DNA from: Epiperipatus broadwayi
Taxonomy: Eukaryota > Animalia > Onychophora
Assembly (NCBI GenBank): GCA_028023455.1
Contig: JAQFVV010000005.1
Coordinates: forward strand, 4,526,001 to 4,590,000
DNA length: 64,000 nucleotides
Reading direction: 5' to 3'
This document shows positions 12,479 through 25,742 of this stretch, in pieces (the stretch's first letter is position 1; each line of letters starts with the position of its first letter). A program made the position numbers and the translations under genes. Below the pieces are notes generated by a model, which saw only the letters and a program-made list of their open reading frames with translations, did no database searches and was not told the DNA's origin.

Positions 12479-14641
12479 ATTATCCAGATACATCTGTATA
12501 TAATTTATTTTAATACAAAATATATACACCAATATTCAGTCAGGTTATACTGATCATGAACTGGGCAATAAATATTACAAAAGAAATAATTATAGAGATG
12601 TTGAAAACATTGATGTATAATAATAATGAACATTTAATTAATAGAAAATAGATAGAAATAATAAGCATCCAAAATTATTTACATTAATGAGTTTTTAAAA
12701 AAATTCTTTTAAATAGAAGGTAATTTGCATGTATCATACATTTTCTGATCTGACATTGTTGGAGAGTGTCATGTCTGAATAGTATTTCCATGTTAGAAAA
12801 GTTGATTCTATGACCTGTATCTATAGCATGGAAAGATACTGATGATGATGAGTGCTCCTTAACTGCATTAACATGTTCATCTCTTCTAACATTGATGTGA
12901 TGATTGCTCATACCTAGATAAGAAGTCTTACAAATGCTACATGAAATTTTATAAACTCCATGGGCTTAAGAGAAATTGACTCTTTAGGCTTGGATACAAT
13001 TTCATCTATTAAATCATATATTAAAAACTCTATACATTTTTTTTCTAATAAAAAATTTACAAATGTTTCAGTTGATGAAGCTTTAAATATGATTTCTAAT
13101 TGCTGCAATTTACAAGTCTGTATCATTAAATTAAAACAAGCAAAACTCTCTGTATGTATTGCCACTCAGTGCAAACCAGAGTAATCAATGGATGCCAGAA
13201 GGCTTGTGCATAAAATCCTTATCTAGTGCCTACTCATCCAATATCCCCAGACTAGTTTCTGGCTTGTGGCCTTTGTCAGGAAGGAGCCTTGGATCTGAGA
13301 GCACTACACCTAGATCTTAGGATCTAATGCAACCCTTCAGAAGCCACCTTTTATCTCTATTTAACTACAAAACCATGAGTCTTAAATTGAAAACACCATA
13401 ATATTTTCAATCCAAGCTGGTTCTTTAATAACCATAGCCACCACTATCCTATTAGGCAGAAATGGTGATCATGTGATGTTTATTATTAAATTAACTAAAC
13501 ATTGCCTTTCAAATACTTATTTTGTATATAATATACAACATTATAAGCAGACTTTGATACTCTTTGATGAGATCGCCAATCTCATGGGAAACAGCTGATT
13601 TATTTATGGAATATATAGAAAATTGTGCTTTATAATCAGCACTTTTATAACCTCTTGTTTGACTCAAATATATTGTTGATACATTTGTTATCTGGCAATG
13701 TGGTAAAGATAAATTATATGATTTTTTTCACACACATAAACAGTATACATCTTAATATTAAATTTACAATGGAAACAAAAAGTGACGGAAAACTTCCTTT
13801 TCTTGATGTACTTGTAACCAAAAAACAGAATTATCTTTTTCAATTTTCAGAAAATCTACACATGACATCATCATCCAACTCAAATCTTTTCTGTAACAAA
13901 AACTCTTTTCATTAAAGCAATTAATCTTGTTTCAGTTAAATCAAATCTAGACGATGAAATAAATTAGCTAACGGCTATAACAATAAAGCTATACACCAAG
14001 CCTTAATTCAAGCCCCAAACAATCAATATAAAAGCAAAAAAATAACTATTTGAGTTTTCCTTTCTTATATAAAAGAACTATAGACTAGTCCACTTATCAA
14101 AAAATTAATAGCATTCTACTAAAATTTAAAGACTCAATCCCTCTTCAAACCAAACTTTTTATACAGATATGAGCAATCATTACATCAATGCTAGAAGAGA
14201 TGAACATATTAATGCAATTAATAACCACTCATCAGCAGCAGCACTATTGCTCTATGCTATAGATACAGATCATAGGGTTCATTTGTCTAACACAAGAATA
14301 CTATCCAGATAAGACACTATCCAACAATGACAGTTCAGAGAAGCCATTGAGATCTTTAAAAGATCTGATTGTATCAACAATCGTGATAATACATGCAAAT
14401 TAGCTTTTATTTGGAAAAATTTTTTAAGAACTTACTAATCTAAATAATTTTTGCTGTTCATTATTTTTATCTACTTTCTGTTAATAGAATGTTCATTATT
14501 ATTATATATCAATGTTTACAGCACTTCTACAATTATTTTTCATAATATTTATTATCCAGTTGATGACCGGTATGACTCTGCCAAAACATGTGTATATATA
14601 TTTTTATTAAAATAAATTATATACAGATGTATACAGATAAC
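12479..14641 (+). mobile_element. Penelope-like element with upstream inverted 3' arm, RT interrupted by the hammerhead-family insert
   Basis: 12479-12915 is a diverged reverse complement of 14165-14641. RT motifs: KFTNVSVDEAL (~13050; cf. LFTNVPVDEA) and INSIHLNIKFTMETKSDGKLPFLDVLV (~13740-13820). GIY-YIG-like C-terminus at 14165-14400. Confidence 0.8.
13132..13484 (-). mobile_element. Hammerhead/fold-back family copy 3 (long antisense arm + ~25-nt sense tail)
   Basis: TAAAACAAGCAAAACTCTC..CAGACTAGTTTCTGGCTTGTGGCCTTTGTCAGG.. then AAATGGTGATCATGTGATGTTTAT. It sits inside a PLE RT. Confidence 0.85.
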
Positions 14642-16569
14642 ATTTCATTTCTATTTGTAGCCCATGAAAACTTTGTTTTAAATTATATATATATATTTAA
14701 GCAGCCAGATTAATCCTATATGTCACAGTATTTTAAAAAAAAAAAGAAATAAAAAAGTTTGTTGGTCTTGTTTTATTTTCATTTCACTTGATCTATGGAT
14801 AATGAAGGTCTTGAAATATAATGTTAACTAAATAACCATGGTAACCTAATATTTTACAATAATATTGTTTACTGCTAATTCTAGTATCAAATCCTAAATG
14901 TGTTGTGATCACCCTCAAAAAAAATATATATATAAAGGCTTACTTGAATAAAATCAACATTATTATTGAGGATTACACATTTCAATTTTTGTTATTACCA
15001 TCACCATGACAACACCTATTATAAAATGTAATGTTTTATATATGTTGGTTTATAAATTAGTTATCAAAAAATTATTATTAAAAAACATGTAAAAATATTT
15101 TATACCCATTAAAATGTATTAAAAATGTGATCAGAATTTTTTTTATTTTGGTTTAAAATGAAAAATAATATTGAACTTGCAAAACAGGATTTTGTTTTCA
15201 ATGTATCCAATTATTTCAAAATCTCCATTTCACTTACTAATTGGAGGCAAATTTCCTCAAACAATTTTTACATCATTAAGTGAAATTTGAATGATTTCAA
15301 ACAGTCATTGTTACAACAATAACATCATCAAGAGTATTTTATAAAGGAGACACTGTAATTTGAGTTCTTTTAATTTTGTCATTGCCTAGAATGGATACAT
15401 TTCTATCTGTCTTTCTAAAACTATGGAAGAATAAAATTTTAATTATCTCTCATTCAATGGGGACCAGTTTGTTGATGAAATTCCTGAGGATATGACAAAA
15501 TGTAAAATAACAAACAAAAACCATCAAAAATGTGCAAGTCAGCTATAAAGAAGAAAAAAAATATTCTGTTGTCAAAGCTAGAATTCAATTTATTTATTCG
15601 TAATGGATGCAAATCCAACTATATGTAAATGAAGATCATATTTCAGATCAATAGATTTCAAAAGATCAATTAACTTATGTGTAATATCAAGCAATCTAAA
15701 TTTCACTTTCTTACTTCGGAAAGAAAAAGTTAGGATTTATTATTCACTTGGATATGGCTGAATTTTTCTCAATGAAAAAAAATTATCTTTATATACGTGA
15801 TTATCAATGAAAAAAAAATAAAACCAGTGATATGTAATTTTGCATTGACTATGTACCTATTGTTTTAAAGGCTTGGATGCATTTATATGCTTAAGAGAAA
15901 TATCACAATTTAAACGTAAAAGTAATTGGATTTAAACTTGCGAGAATTATCATTTATGCGCATCTTCTCTACTTAAAGGAAAATTGTCTCTCTGCATTAG
16001 GATCAGAAACCATGAATCAGAAGCTCAATGGACTGGTGAATGAAAATGGACAGACTTTAACTTAGATGGTATGATTTCTATGTATATGTATATTTTTTGT
16101 TGTTGTGTTAAAAGAAAGGGAGGGTTACATTTATTTTTATTTCATTTTAAAACTTAGGGTCAAATAATACATATGGGTTATTATTGAATTCATGCAAAAA
16201 AAAAAAGGTTAGGGAGATTCGTTTTGTTCTCATTATTCAAATTCTTACTGGCGAAATAGATTAATATGACCTGATATTTTCAAATATTTAAAACTTTAAT
16301 ATATATGCCAGATTTAACTTGGAGATATTCAGATAGAGAAAGGTTTAAATACAGTGGGTTTTATGTTCATTTAATTATTTAGGAATTACACTAATGAATA
16401 TATAAAGATCATTTTTTATTTGATTACATTTTTTTTAATCATTGTATATTCTATTTAAAGTCTCAGGAAGATATTTAAAAATTTCTCCTTCCATTTATAT
16501 AGTCTTATTGTCACACAACACATTTTTTGGAGCTTCATAAGCATATTTTTATCATTATTTTTATTGATT

Positions 16570-16780
16570 GAATGGCAAAGATATCTGAACTGTCCAAGTT
16601 TCCATCGAAAGCTGTGTTTATATGCAATGGGAATTCCAAATGCACCCTTAGGCCCTTTTGCTTGATCTGTTCTAGGATTCTGAAATGTTGTGGATCGTGT
16701 ATTGTGATCTACAAAATAACGAACACCATCTTGTGTATAACGCATTTCTTAACCTTCAATTATTCATATATTAAAGAAAC
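16570..16780 (-). pseudogene. Orphan fragment of a NEDD4-family HECT E3 ligase (WW4 + linker; WWP1/2/ITCH/Su(dx) type)
   Basis: [58 protein letters not shown] matches the last WW domain and the RxFRWKLxQFRYLC pre-HECT linker. The conserved first Trp codon is TAA. No HECT exons were seen in the window. Confidence 0.85.
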
Positions 16781-19067
16781 CTAGGATTGCATATTTTTAT
16801 CTGGTTATGACTTTAACTCAAACATCATTTGTCTGTTCTGTCATAATTCTTTTATATTACTGTCATAAACTTTTGTTATAAACCAATAAATTTAGAGTTA
16901 ATTTAAAATCCAATGAATCTTTCTAATTATTTCTTTTGAATGTGCAAAATAATTTTGGTACTTAAAATTTGATCCAAGATCAAATCCATTTTGGTAAGTA
17001 AAATAGTCTTAGATTCATGTATATATATATTTTTATTATCATTACTCTTAGGTTGATTACATATAAATGTGATATTTATCATTACATTGAAATATTTGTT
17101 TACTTATCTACGTCAATAGTACTAGTAGAAATAATTCCATTATTAAGAGTTGGTTATTTATTTGCTTATTTTGTCTGGTTACAAAAATCTTAATAGATTT
17201 TGTTCTGTCATTAATCAGAATGATCTAGCTTAATTACCTTTACACTTCTTTGAAGTGGAGATCATAAATTTTATTGACTAGTGTAGCTTGATATTTATCT
17301 TTGGCTTGGACAATTGCCAGTAAACATTCATATAATTTAATTGTTATAAAATCCATTTTATAATCAATTGATTGGAGATTTAAGTAGATGAATAATATCA
17401 GTGATTGTAAGCCAGTAAATATCCAATAGAAACCTATGGTATATTGTATATAATGTGATTGGGTTTGAAATTATCTAATAGAATTTATTGATAATAAATT
17501 CTTGTGGACTGTTTAATTTTAGAATATAACTGACGCAATAATTGCATGTCGTCTAATGTAGGATATGATTGAAATGTTTGTTATATTTAATGATTTATTA
17601 AAATAGATATAAAACTGAGTAAAGGTTTATTTTATTTAAACATTATAAATATTGTGTAGTTTAGAAAAGGTTCTCAAAATGTAATTATAATTATTTAGAT
17701 ATTAGCTGATTTAAACAGAATGACATTAAATATTAAATTTTGCATTACTATAAATAATATTAGATTAGTAAAGTATGTTGGAATTTAGTTGTTTATTGAT
17801 TCTAATTTAGTTTTATTCAATTATCAACCAAATTAATGTCTTAGGCATATGTCACTGTTTAGAACAATGATATATGATTTCATTGCTTATTGCAGTTTAC
17901 TTTGGAATGGTGAATAGATTTGTTGATGTCTGAGGTGATGATCTCATTTGCTTTATTTCGTTTTAAATATAATCTGAATAAATTAGATTTTAATAGAGAT
18001 TGTTAATATTTTATGATAGTGTAGTGGACAATCTAAATAATTATTATGGGAAATATTATTATTGCCTAGTGTGATCAATAACTGAGCTAGTTAATTTTAC
18101 ACAGGTTCTAACAGAGTTACTATTTGTTAATGCATATTTTGCTCTGTGATAAATAATATAAATTTTAAGGGCATTTCTTTACGACAGATGTTGGTTGAAC
18201 ATTAGGTGGTGGGATAGAAAATTCATTATTATTGTGACAAAGTAGCTACCCAAAGGCTACCTGATGATGATCATGTACATGTGGCAATGATTACAAAATG
18301 ACAAATCAACTTTAGAGCTGTTATAAAATGACATACCACATTTAGTCTAGACCTATATTATTATGAATGACGTCTCAATTCTGAGACATAGTAAAGTTGT
18401 TTATATTATCATCCCATATTATAATCAATAGTTCATTACAAAATGGCGACCAATGATTAGGCTATGTTTTGTTCAGATTAGATTGATCATTTTCCCAGCA
18501 TTATCATTTATACCATGTTACAATATATATATATATAATTGAACAGAAAGTAACTGAAGCTTCTGGTGAATTATATATAATACATACACATATGTCCCAG
18601 TCTTATGAAAGAATTAAGTGACACTGTTAAGATTACAAACATTTAATGAAACACGTTTTTATTTCTGTATATTAGTGCAGCAGTTAGTACTCAAGGTCTA
18701 TGTATTATGGCCCTCTTTTTTTCACTTATGATATTCAAACTCTGGAAACTTTTGAACAATAAACTATTCAATTGCTATATAGAACGATTTTTGTGTGTTT
18801 GCTTATTTTCTAAAGCTTACATTAATTTCATACACCAATAATTGATAAATTTCATTATAATGAATGACTAATTTACTCTGGAGATTTTATAAGGTTGTGA
18901 TAGATCAATTATTGATCCAGGAACTTTAACAATCAAATACATCAATGTAACACTGTGTCAAATCACAATGAAAATGAGTTTCATTGATAAATAATTACTC
19001 ATAGGCTATATGAAAGAGTTAATTTGAAAAATATGAATCTCATATCTGTTTACATTAGTGCATGCAT

Positions 19068-19453
19068 TAAAACAGGCAAAACTCTCTATACATATTGCCA
19101 CTCAGTGCAAGCCAGAGTAATCAATGGATGCCAGAAGGCTTGTGCATAAAATCCCCATCTAGTGCCTACTCATCCAATATCTCCAGACGAGTTTCTGGCT
19201 TGTGGCCTTTGTCAATGAAGAGCCTTGTATCTGAGTGCATCCAAGGCCCCTCACTGATGAAGCCACAAACCAGAAAGTAGTCTGTGGATATTGGATGAGT
19301 AGGCACTAGGTGGGGTTTTATGCACAAGCCTTCTGGCATCCATTGATTATTCTGGCTTGCACTGAGTGGCAATACATATAGAGAGTTTTGCCTGTTTTAG
19401 TCACAGTTAAGAAGCAAGCATAAAAAATAGTGATCATGTGATGTTTATTGGCT
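19068..19453. mobile_element. Hammerhead/fold-back family copy 4 (hairpin with tailed sense arm)
   Basis: Antisense 19068-19240 and sense 19241-19399 are reverse complements. The tail ends AAAAATAGTGATCATGTGATGTTTATTGG. The sense ribozyme has CTGATGA but a damaged stem II. Confidence 0.9.
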
Positions 19454-19599
19454 TAAGTACATGCATAAGTGACCATTCTTCTATGTCCTAAAATATGTTC
19501 TCTTAGTTTTAATTAGCATATTTTTATTGATGAGATTTATTAACTCTGAATCATTTTTATCTAATTATGTCACAAACTATTAATTATCTGTACTTTTAT

Positions 19600-20520
19600 T
19601 TCTATATTAACAAAGTCTCAGTCAAGGTTTTCATATTTTATTATAGAATAATTACTAAATGTAATATATCATTTTATTAAATGATTTCTAGTCAGTATTC
19701 TTTCATTGTGTTGTAAATATTTTGTAATCTCTTTATTATTTTCTTACTATTCATGTCTAATAAATCTGTTTATATTGCTTTTGATGATCTGTGTAAATTT
19801 ACTATAACGAACAAAGCATTATCTAAACACTTTCACATTATTTTAATTTACCTTCTGGGATATCAACAATTAATTGTTTAGTCACTTTCTTCAGAACTAT
19901 CTATATAAGAATGAGTAAACATGGAACACTCATTGAAAAGATTAATCATATTGTCAGATTATTTTTTGGTATTGGATATCAGCAGTGAAAACACTTAATT
20001 GAGTACATTCTACTCTGGTGAAGGCCAATAACTATAAACTTGTCTGAAAATTTTGTTTAAACTATCATCTAATGTCCATTGAGTAATTATGCTTATGTAG
20101 ATGTCTTTAAAATGGCAAGGTAGAATGGATTACTAGTGTTAATACAATATTCTCATTTTTGGAAAAACACTTTTAAAAAATCTAGTAGGAAAATGGTATC
20201 AAATTTTGTTTATTTACTATTACCCTGTATTTTTTTGTTTATGTTTTTATTGATAAAGTTGGGAAGAGTAAGATTATAAGCTAATGATCAATAAAATATT
20301 TAAAACATCTGACTTGTAGATTGTTGCTGATTGTAAGTACCCATTACATGCAAACATATATCTCAACTTTTTCTAGCAATTCTCTTTATCCTGTTGTTAT
20401 TATCCAAATACTGTATTTTAGTTATTATGCCATTTTTTTTTCATAACAACTAATGAATAAATATTTACTTGACAATTTTCTTCATCTAGCATCCATTCCA
20501 GACATTTTGTATATTGTGTG
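19600..20520 (-). mobile_element. Very degraded L1/Tx1-like RT remnant
   Basis: Minus-strand relics in the expected order: KMSGMD (cf. KSPGPDG, ~20490), LLDFLKVF (cf. LDFEKAFD, ~20170), LSVFTAD (cf. LSLFADD, ~19985). Confidence 0.4.
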
Positions 20521-21817
20521 GCGCCTTTCACTAAGAGAGGCATCTTTTTTATCTCATTTTACTTGAGGGTGTTTGTGAACCACACATTAGTGTGGTATTT
20601 GGGTATGCATGTATTAAAGAGTCATTTTTAAAAAAATCGCGTAACCACTTTTTTCCTCAAATAATTTTCCAAACACAAGTTGTTGTTTTTCCTAATTAAT
20701 TTTCAATGTGGTTTGTTAGTTTGTTTTTCATTTGCACTTATATATCATTTGTAATATTTTTTATTGTTGACATATTTATATAACTAAAATTTAAATAACT
20801 TCTGCTAAATTATATTTTAATTCTAAATTTGAAATATTCTATTGATTCCAATAAGTACAAATTGATGAACAATTAGTGATTAGTATCACATAAAATTCAC
20901 TGATTGTCAAAGATCTCTAGTACAATTTCCAATAGAAAAACTTAACTTGACTAATATAACTCAAATTCTACGCTATAATGGATAAAAACATTAGGCAACA
21001 GTATTCAGTGATTTAAAAAAAAGTTTTTAATAAATACTAGTCATCAGACTAAGATGATGATGAGCGAATGACATTGACAAACTCCAGGATCATAAACATA
21101 TTGAAAATAGGCGTAATGTTTTTAATAGTTATTCTGGTTTTATGAGAACTTTATGATACAGAAATAGTATTTCCTCACTTCATGTCTGTTATGACGTAGG
21201 GCTTAAATCTGTGCTAAATTATTTTTAAGAAGTTTATAGTTTTATTTTCAATTATCTGGTTCATAGACAATACACCAATCATTTTAATCAGTAAATGGAT
21301 ATCTAGTTATTATTAGCTAGAGAATAAAACAAAAATAAAGAAGACTTAAATCCTTATTATTCAGCAATTGGTAAGTTTCTGTATAATATTTTTTCCTATT
21401 GATTCTCTAAGAGAGGCTTGAAATATATTTGCCTTGTCATGAGCTTTTTATTAAAAAGACGGTTTTAGTACCACCCCCTTCCTACTTCTGAAACTAAAAG
21501 CAAGAAGAAAATCATTTCAGTACTTATTTTGAATAATCGGAGACATCTATAAATGTTTGAATTGAGTCTATGTATTCAGAAAACAGCCATCTATCCATAT
21601 TTTCATAACTAAATTTGAAAGCTTTGCTCTTTACGAGTATCAAGAAAAATATCTCCAAGTATTCTAATTAATACAGTATATAAATAATTAAAATGCAGCA
21701 GATCTTAGCTCTCAAGTTTCGCCATTTCAATGGTTGTCAGCTAATTAGAAAATAAATTTTAGATTTAAATGTATACTTAAAAAATGTCAAATATTCTATT
21801 TCATATTGCAATTTTAT

Positions 21818-22231
21818 TATATAGGGTATATGAGCACAGACTTTCAGATGACCCATCACTCTCCACTCTATCTAATAACACTGATACACTCAAGCACATA
21901 TATGCTGAAAAGATAAATAATCACCAATATCCGTATTTCATGCTAAACCAGCAATCATCAGTTGGTCCAGATTATCATCTCCCACACATATATACTATAA
22001 GTGCTCAGATATATATTAAGATAGACAATCCTCATACTTTAATGGACAGGCTCCAATCTACTACACACTCCAATTCTTCAACCGTCCATCCAATTGAAAA
22101 TCTAAAGATGGAATGCTAGAAGGCCACCTTGAGGCCGAGATTCTTGTCACACCCATGTTGACCTAAGGTCAATCTGAACCCCACATGTACAGGACATAAT
22201 CCATTTAATACATATGCAAGGATGTGGCATC
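21818..22231 (+). repeat. ~480-bp dispersed repeat family, copy A (probably derived from LINE ORF2)
   Basis: Colinear with the reverse complements of 58102-58490 and 62858-63455. A/C-rich strand; pseudo-translation SAQIYIKIDNPHTL weakly resembles IRAKMYIVTTTNPFL of the 30376 ORF. Confidence 0.75.
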
Positions 22232-24279
22232 TTGTGAGCTTATCTAATTTATATCTAACCTTAACTTTTACTTTATAAAAGTTTTATATCACAGATGGCA
22301 GTGCAGTAGCTTAATCTAAAAATCCTGTTTTTAGTAGAATAAGAAAATGACTATCAAACTATTCTTAGCTGCAAAAAAGTAAAGAAAGGATTATAATTTG
22401 ATTTCTCAAGTGTCAAACTTTCTACACATATTTTTGACATCAGCATATAATTCTTTACGTAAAAATTTCAGAAATACTTCATGTTTCAGAAATACATTGG
22501 AAATCTTAATTATAAATAAGGAATGTTAAGGTTTTTTTCCCTGGAACATTATGGGATAACTAAACCGTCAAATATTAAAACCAAGTAAAAATGAGTGATC
22601 GCCAGATAATTTACCATTAGTTGCTATTATTAAAAATTCTTTATTCCAACATTCAATTGTGGGATAGTTTATTGAGGTGTATAAAGTATTTCAAAAAATC
22701 ATATTTTTCTACATGTTTTGGTAGTAATTTTCTTCATTTTTCTAGGTCATTTCATATTGATATAAATTAAACATTAAAAAATATTTGATTTGTGTTTTTG
22801 TCATTCATATATTTATATCAAATTTTAATTTCATAAAAATCTGAGGAGAATTGAAACATCAAAAAATGTAGATTGAAAATTGTTATAAAATATTTATTTA
22901 TTTCAGGTAACTTAAGTTTAAAAAATTTCTTAATTAATTTGTCCTCTAGAGGTCAGGACTGGCTAAATATTCTTTTTAAACTAGTTATCTAAAACACAAA
23001 TCTGATTTAATAATAATTACCTATAACGTAAGTGTCGAAAGCACTTGGATATTAATTGCAATTATATAGTATTGTTTTAAATTGTCTCTGTTAAACAACA
23101 ACTTTCGTGTTGTTTTTAATATTTTAAAAGATCTCTGGAATGTCCTGTCCTCTATCTTCAGAGCGAAACTGAATTCGTGATTTACCATTTTTAAAAATTA
23201 CGAATACTTTCTATTATCATTTTTAAAATGTTAGAAAACGAGGCGGGGGGGGGGGGTAGAAATAATTAATAAATTATTTTATGTTAGCGAATATTTGACG
23301 ATGAATTTTCCGTATTAAGTTCATTGATTAAATTATCTTTTCATCTTTTTTTTTCTCTCTTCTTTTTTTTAAATATAATTTATTAAATTCTAGCTATTTT
23401 TTGTTCTCATTCTCGTCTTGTTTTTTTTTTTTCTATTTTTTTTTATTAGATTTTTTTTTTTCTATTAAGTTGTTTATCCTTTTTTCTTTTAAGTTTTTAT
23501 TAATTAAAATTTGTATTTCTGACAGTTTCTTTCCTATCCTTACCTATATTTTCTCCTATATTTTTTCATTAGTCTAATTTAAGGACATTGTACTATAATT
23601 TAGCAAAATAAGAATAAGCTTTGTTATTCAAATGAAAAACTCCTGTTATTCTTTTTTACTCTTCTGGCCTTTTGGTTCAAAAGTATTTGTCTGCCTGACA
23701 TGCCTACAGTGTGGGTTTGTATCCAGGTTAAATAAACTTGAATTTTTTCTCCCAAACAACTGAGGTTTATATATATATATTTTTAAAGAAACTAGTTCAT
23801 AGCCAATCCAGCTTAGAAAACACCATTGGTCATTAAATGGTTACATGGATATTTCTATTTAGAAGGTGAAATAAGGATAGGAAATGACTCAGACCGCCAT
23901 CATTCACCAATTAATAAATTATTACATTTTGATTTACAGCTGTCAAATTTGTAAACCAAAATGCAATCCTTTACTATTGATAAATATTGCACACACGTTA
24001 AAGACATTTGTGATGGATGGTGACCTGGCCCAACTGATGTGTGGCGATTCAGCATGAAATGCATTTTGGGAGTCATTTGTCTTTTATTGGGTCTTTATTT
24101 ATATGTTTTCAAAGGAATGTGTGGCAATCTGGAGTTTGTTTAAAGCATTAACAACTACTAAATCTGTTAAATATTGGCTTTTTTTCACTAATCCTCTATG
24201 AGGAGATAGATGATGGATAGGCATTTGCCTTGCAGTAAACTATTTACAGGTTTTTATTTTTTAACTAAAAAGCGCATGA

Positions 24280-24520
24280 CATCTCAGGTTTGTTTATGTC
24301 ATTTCTTTTTTAAGTGGCTCCTTCTATTAATTGCTCCTCTACATTAATTTTTTAGATAGTAGTTATTAATAATTTTCCTGCTTTTTAAAAATTATCTGCT
24401 AGGTATGTTGATGATGATTTGCTTGTTTTTCAGGAAAATAAACTGAATAATTTTTTTGAGAGATAGAATACTTTTGATTCTAATATTAATTTTACTATTG
24501 AGAACAGTACTTTTCAATAT
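24280..24520 (+). mobile_element. Short Penelope-like RT remnant
   Basis: Reads RYVDDDLLVFQENKLNNFFER*NTFDSNINFTIE (cf. RYVDD..LN...NIKFTxE). Confidence 0.55.
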
Positions 24521-25380
24521 GTTAAGTTACAATTTTTAATTTATCTGACAACATGAGGAAATAAGTGAAGATATAATCTGTTAGGAAAAATCATCCATAG
24601 CAACGATAAGATAAAACTGAACAATACATATTTAAATTAATTAAATGATAAAAATAAGATAACCTTCTGAAGAATAAAGATAAGGATAGTACGTCTTTTT
24701 AACGTTTAAAGACAATGTCTACCAGAGAGAAATGTTTACATCTTTTAATTTGTCTTTTATTTGTTTTTCTTTTAGGATTTATAATTTGAGTTTAAGACCC
24801 AAAACAATTAGATTTTAGAGATAAATTATGAAAATACTTAAAATTTCTAACTATAAATATATTTAGAGAAGACGTATTTTAATTAAATGCAAAGCTCAGG
24901 GGAATTATTTCATTAATATATTTCGTTTTTATACATAGAGATAAATATAGAAATATAAAACGATAAATATAAATATTATAGTAGCAATTATTCAATATAT
25001 TTTAATAGTTGGATTAAAGTTTATTATCTAGGTTGTCATTTTATTTTGCGATGTTTTATTTTGCTTGCAAAAAAGTCTTTAATGCCTGTTTTATAAATAT
25101 GATGGATAATATGTTGAGTAAGCAATATAATTGCGTAAATATACGCACAATATGAAAACAAGGTGATTCACCTTTGGTCATTGTAAAATTTTAGTGAAAT
25201 TTCATTTTTTCTAATTTTAACTATAAATTGGATAAACCACTAAACATCACATGATCACTATCTCATACTAGCACATAATTGTTATTAAATAATTCAAAAC
25301 AAAGCAAAACTCTCCATAAAGTAGTGCCATCTTGTGCTAACAAAAGCAATCAATGGATGCCAGAAGGCTTGTGCATACTC

Positions 25381-25439
25381 ATCCAATATCCCCAGACTAG
25401 TTTCTGGCTTGTGGCCTTCATCAGTGAGGAATCTTAAAA
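25381..25439 (-). ncRNA. Type I hammerhead ribozyme motif (putative)
   Basis: Minus strand reads CCTCA CTGATGA AGGC CACAA GCCA GAAA CTAGTC TGGGG ATA TTGGAT. The distal stem I 5' strand is partly mutated. Confidence 0.65.
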
Positions 25440-25683
25440 TCTGAGACCACTGCACCTAGATCTTAGGATCTAATGCAGCCCTCCAGCACCCACCTTTTAA
25501 CACCAAAATGTATGGGTGCTGAATTGAGTTCAGACCCATATGACTATATAAGCTATTGAGCTTGGATTGAAAATATTAATTGTGTTTTAAATTTCATTCT
25601 CATAGTTTTGTAGTTAAATAGAATTAAAAGGTGGGTGCTGGAGGGTTGCATTAGATCCTAAGATCTAGGTGCAGTGCTCTCAG

Positions 25684-25742
25684 ATTCAAGGCTCCTCACT
25701 GATGAAGGCCACAAGCCAGAAACTAGTCTGGGGATATTGGAT
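25684..25742 (+). ncRNA. Type I hammerhead ribozyme motif (putative)
   Basis: ATTCAA GGCT CCTCA CTGATGA A GGC CACAA GCC A GAAA C TA GTC^TGGGG ATA TTGGAT. Stem I is CCTCA/TGGGG plus ATTCAA/TTGGAT; predicted cleavage after C25728; non-canonical A.A at 10.1-11.1. Confidence 0.7.

Noticed and set aside
18199-18240. CTGATGATGATCAT..ATGATTACAAAA hammerhead-like relic
   Set aside because: No GAAA, no stem I or III support, and a single copy.
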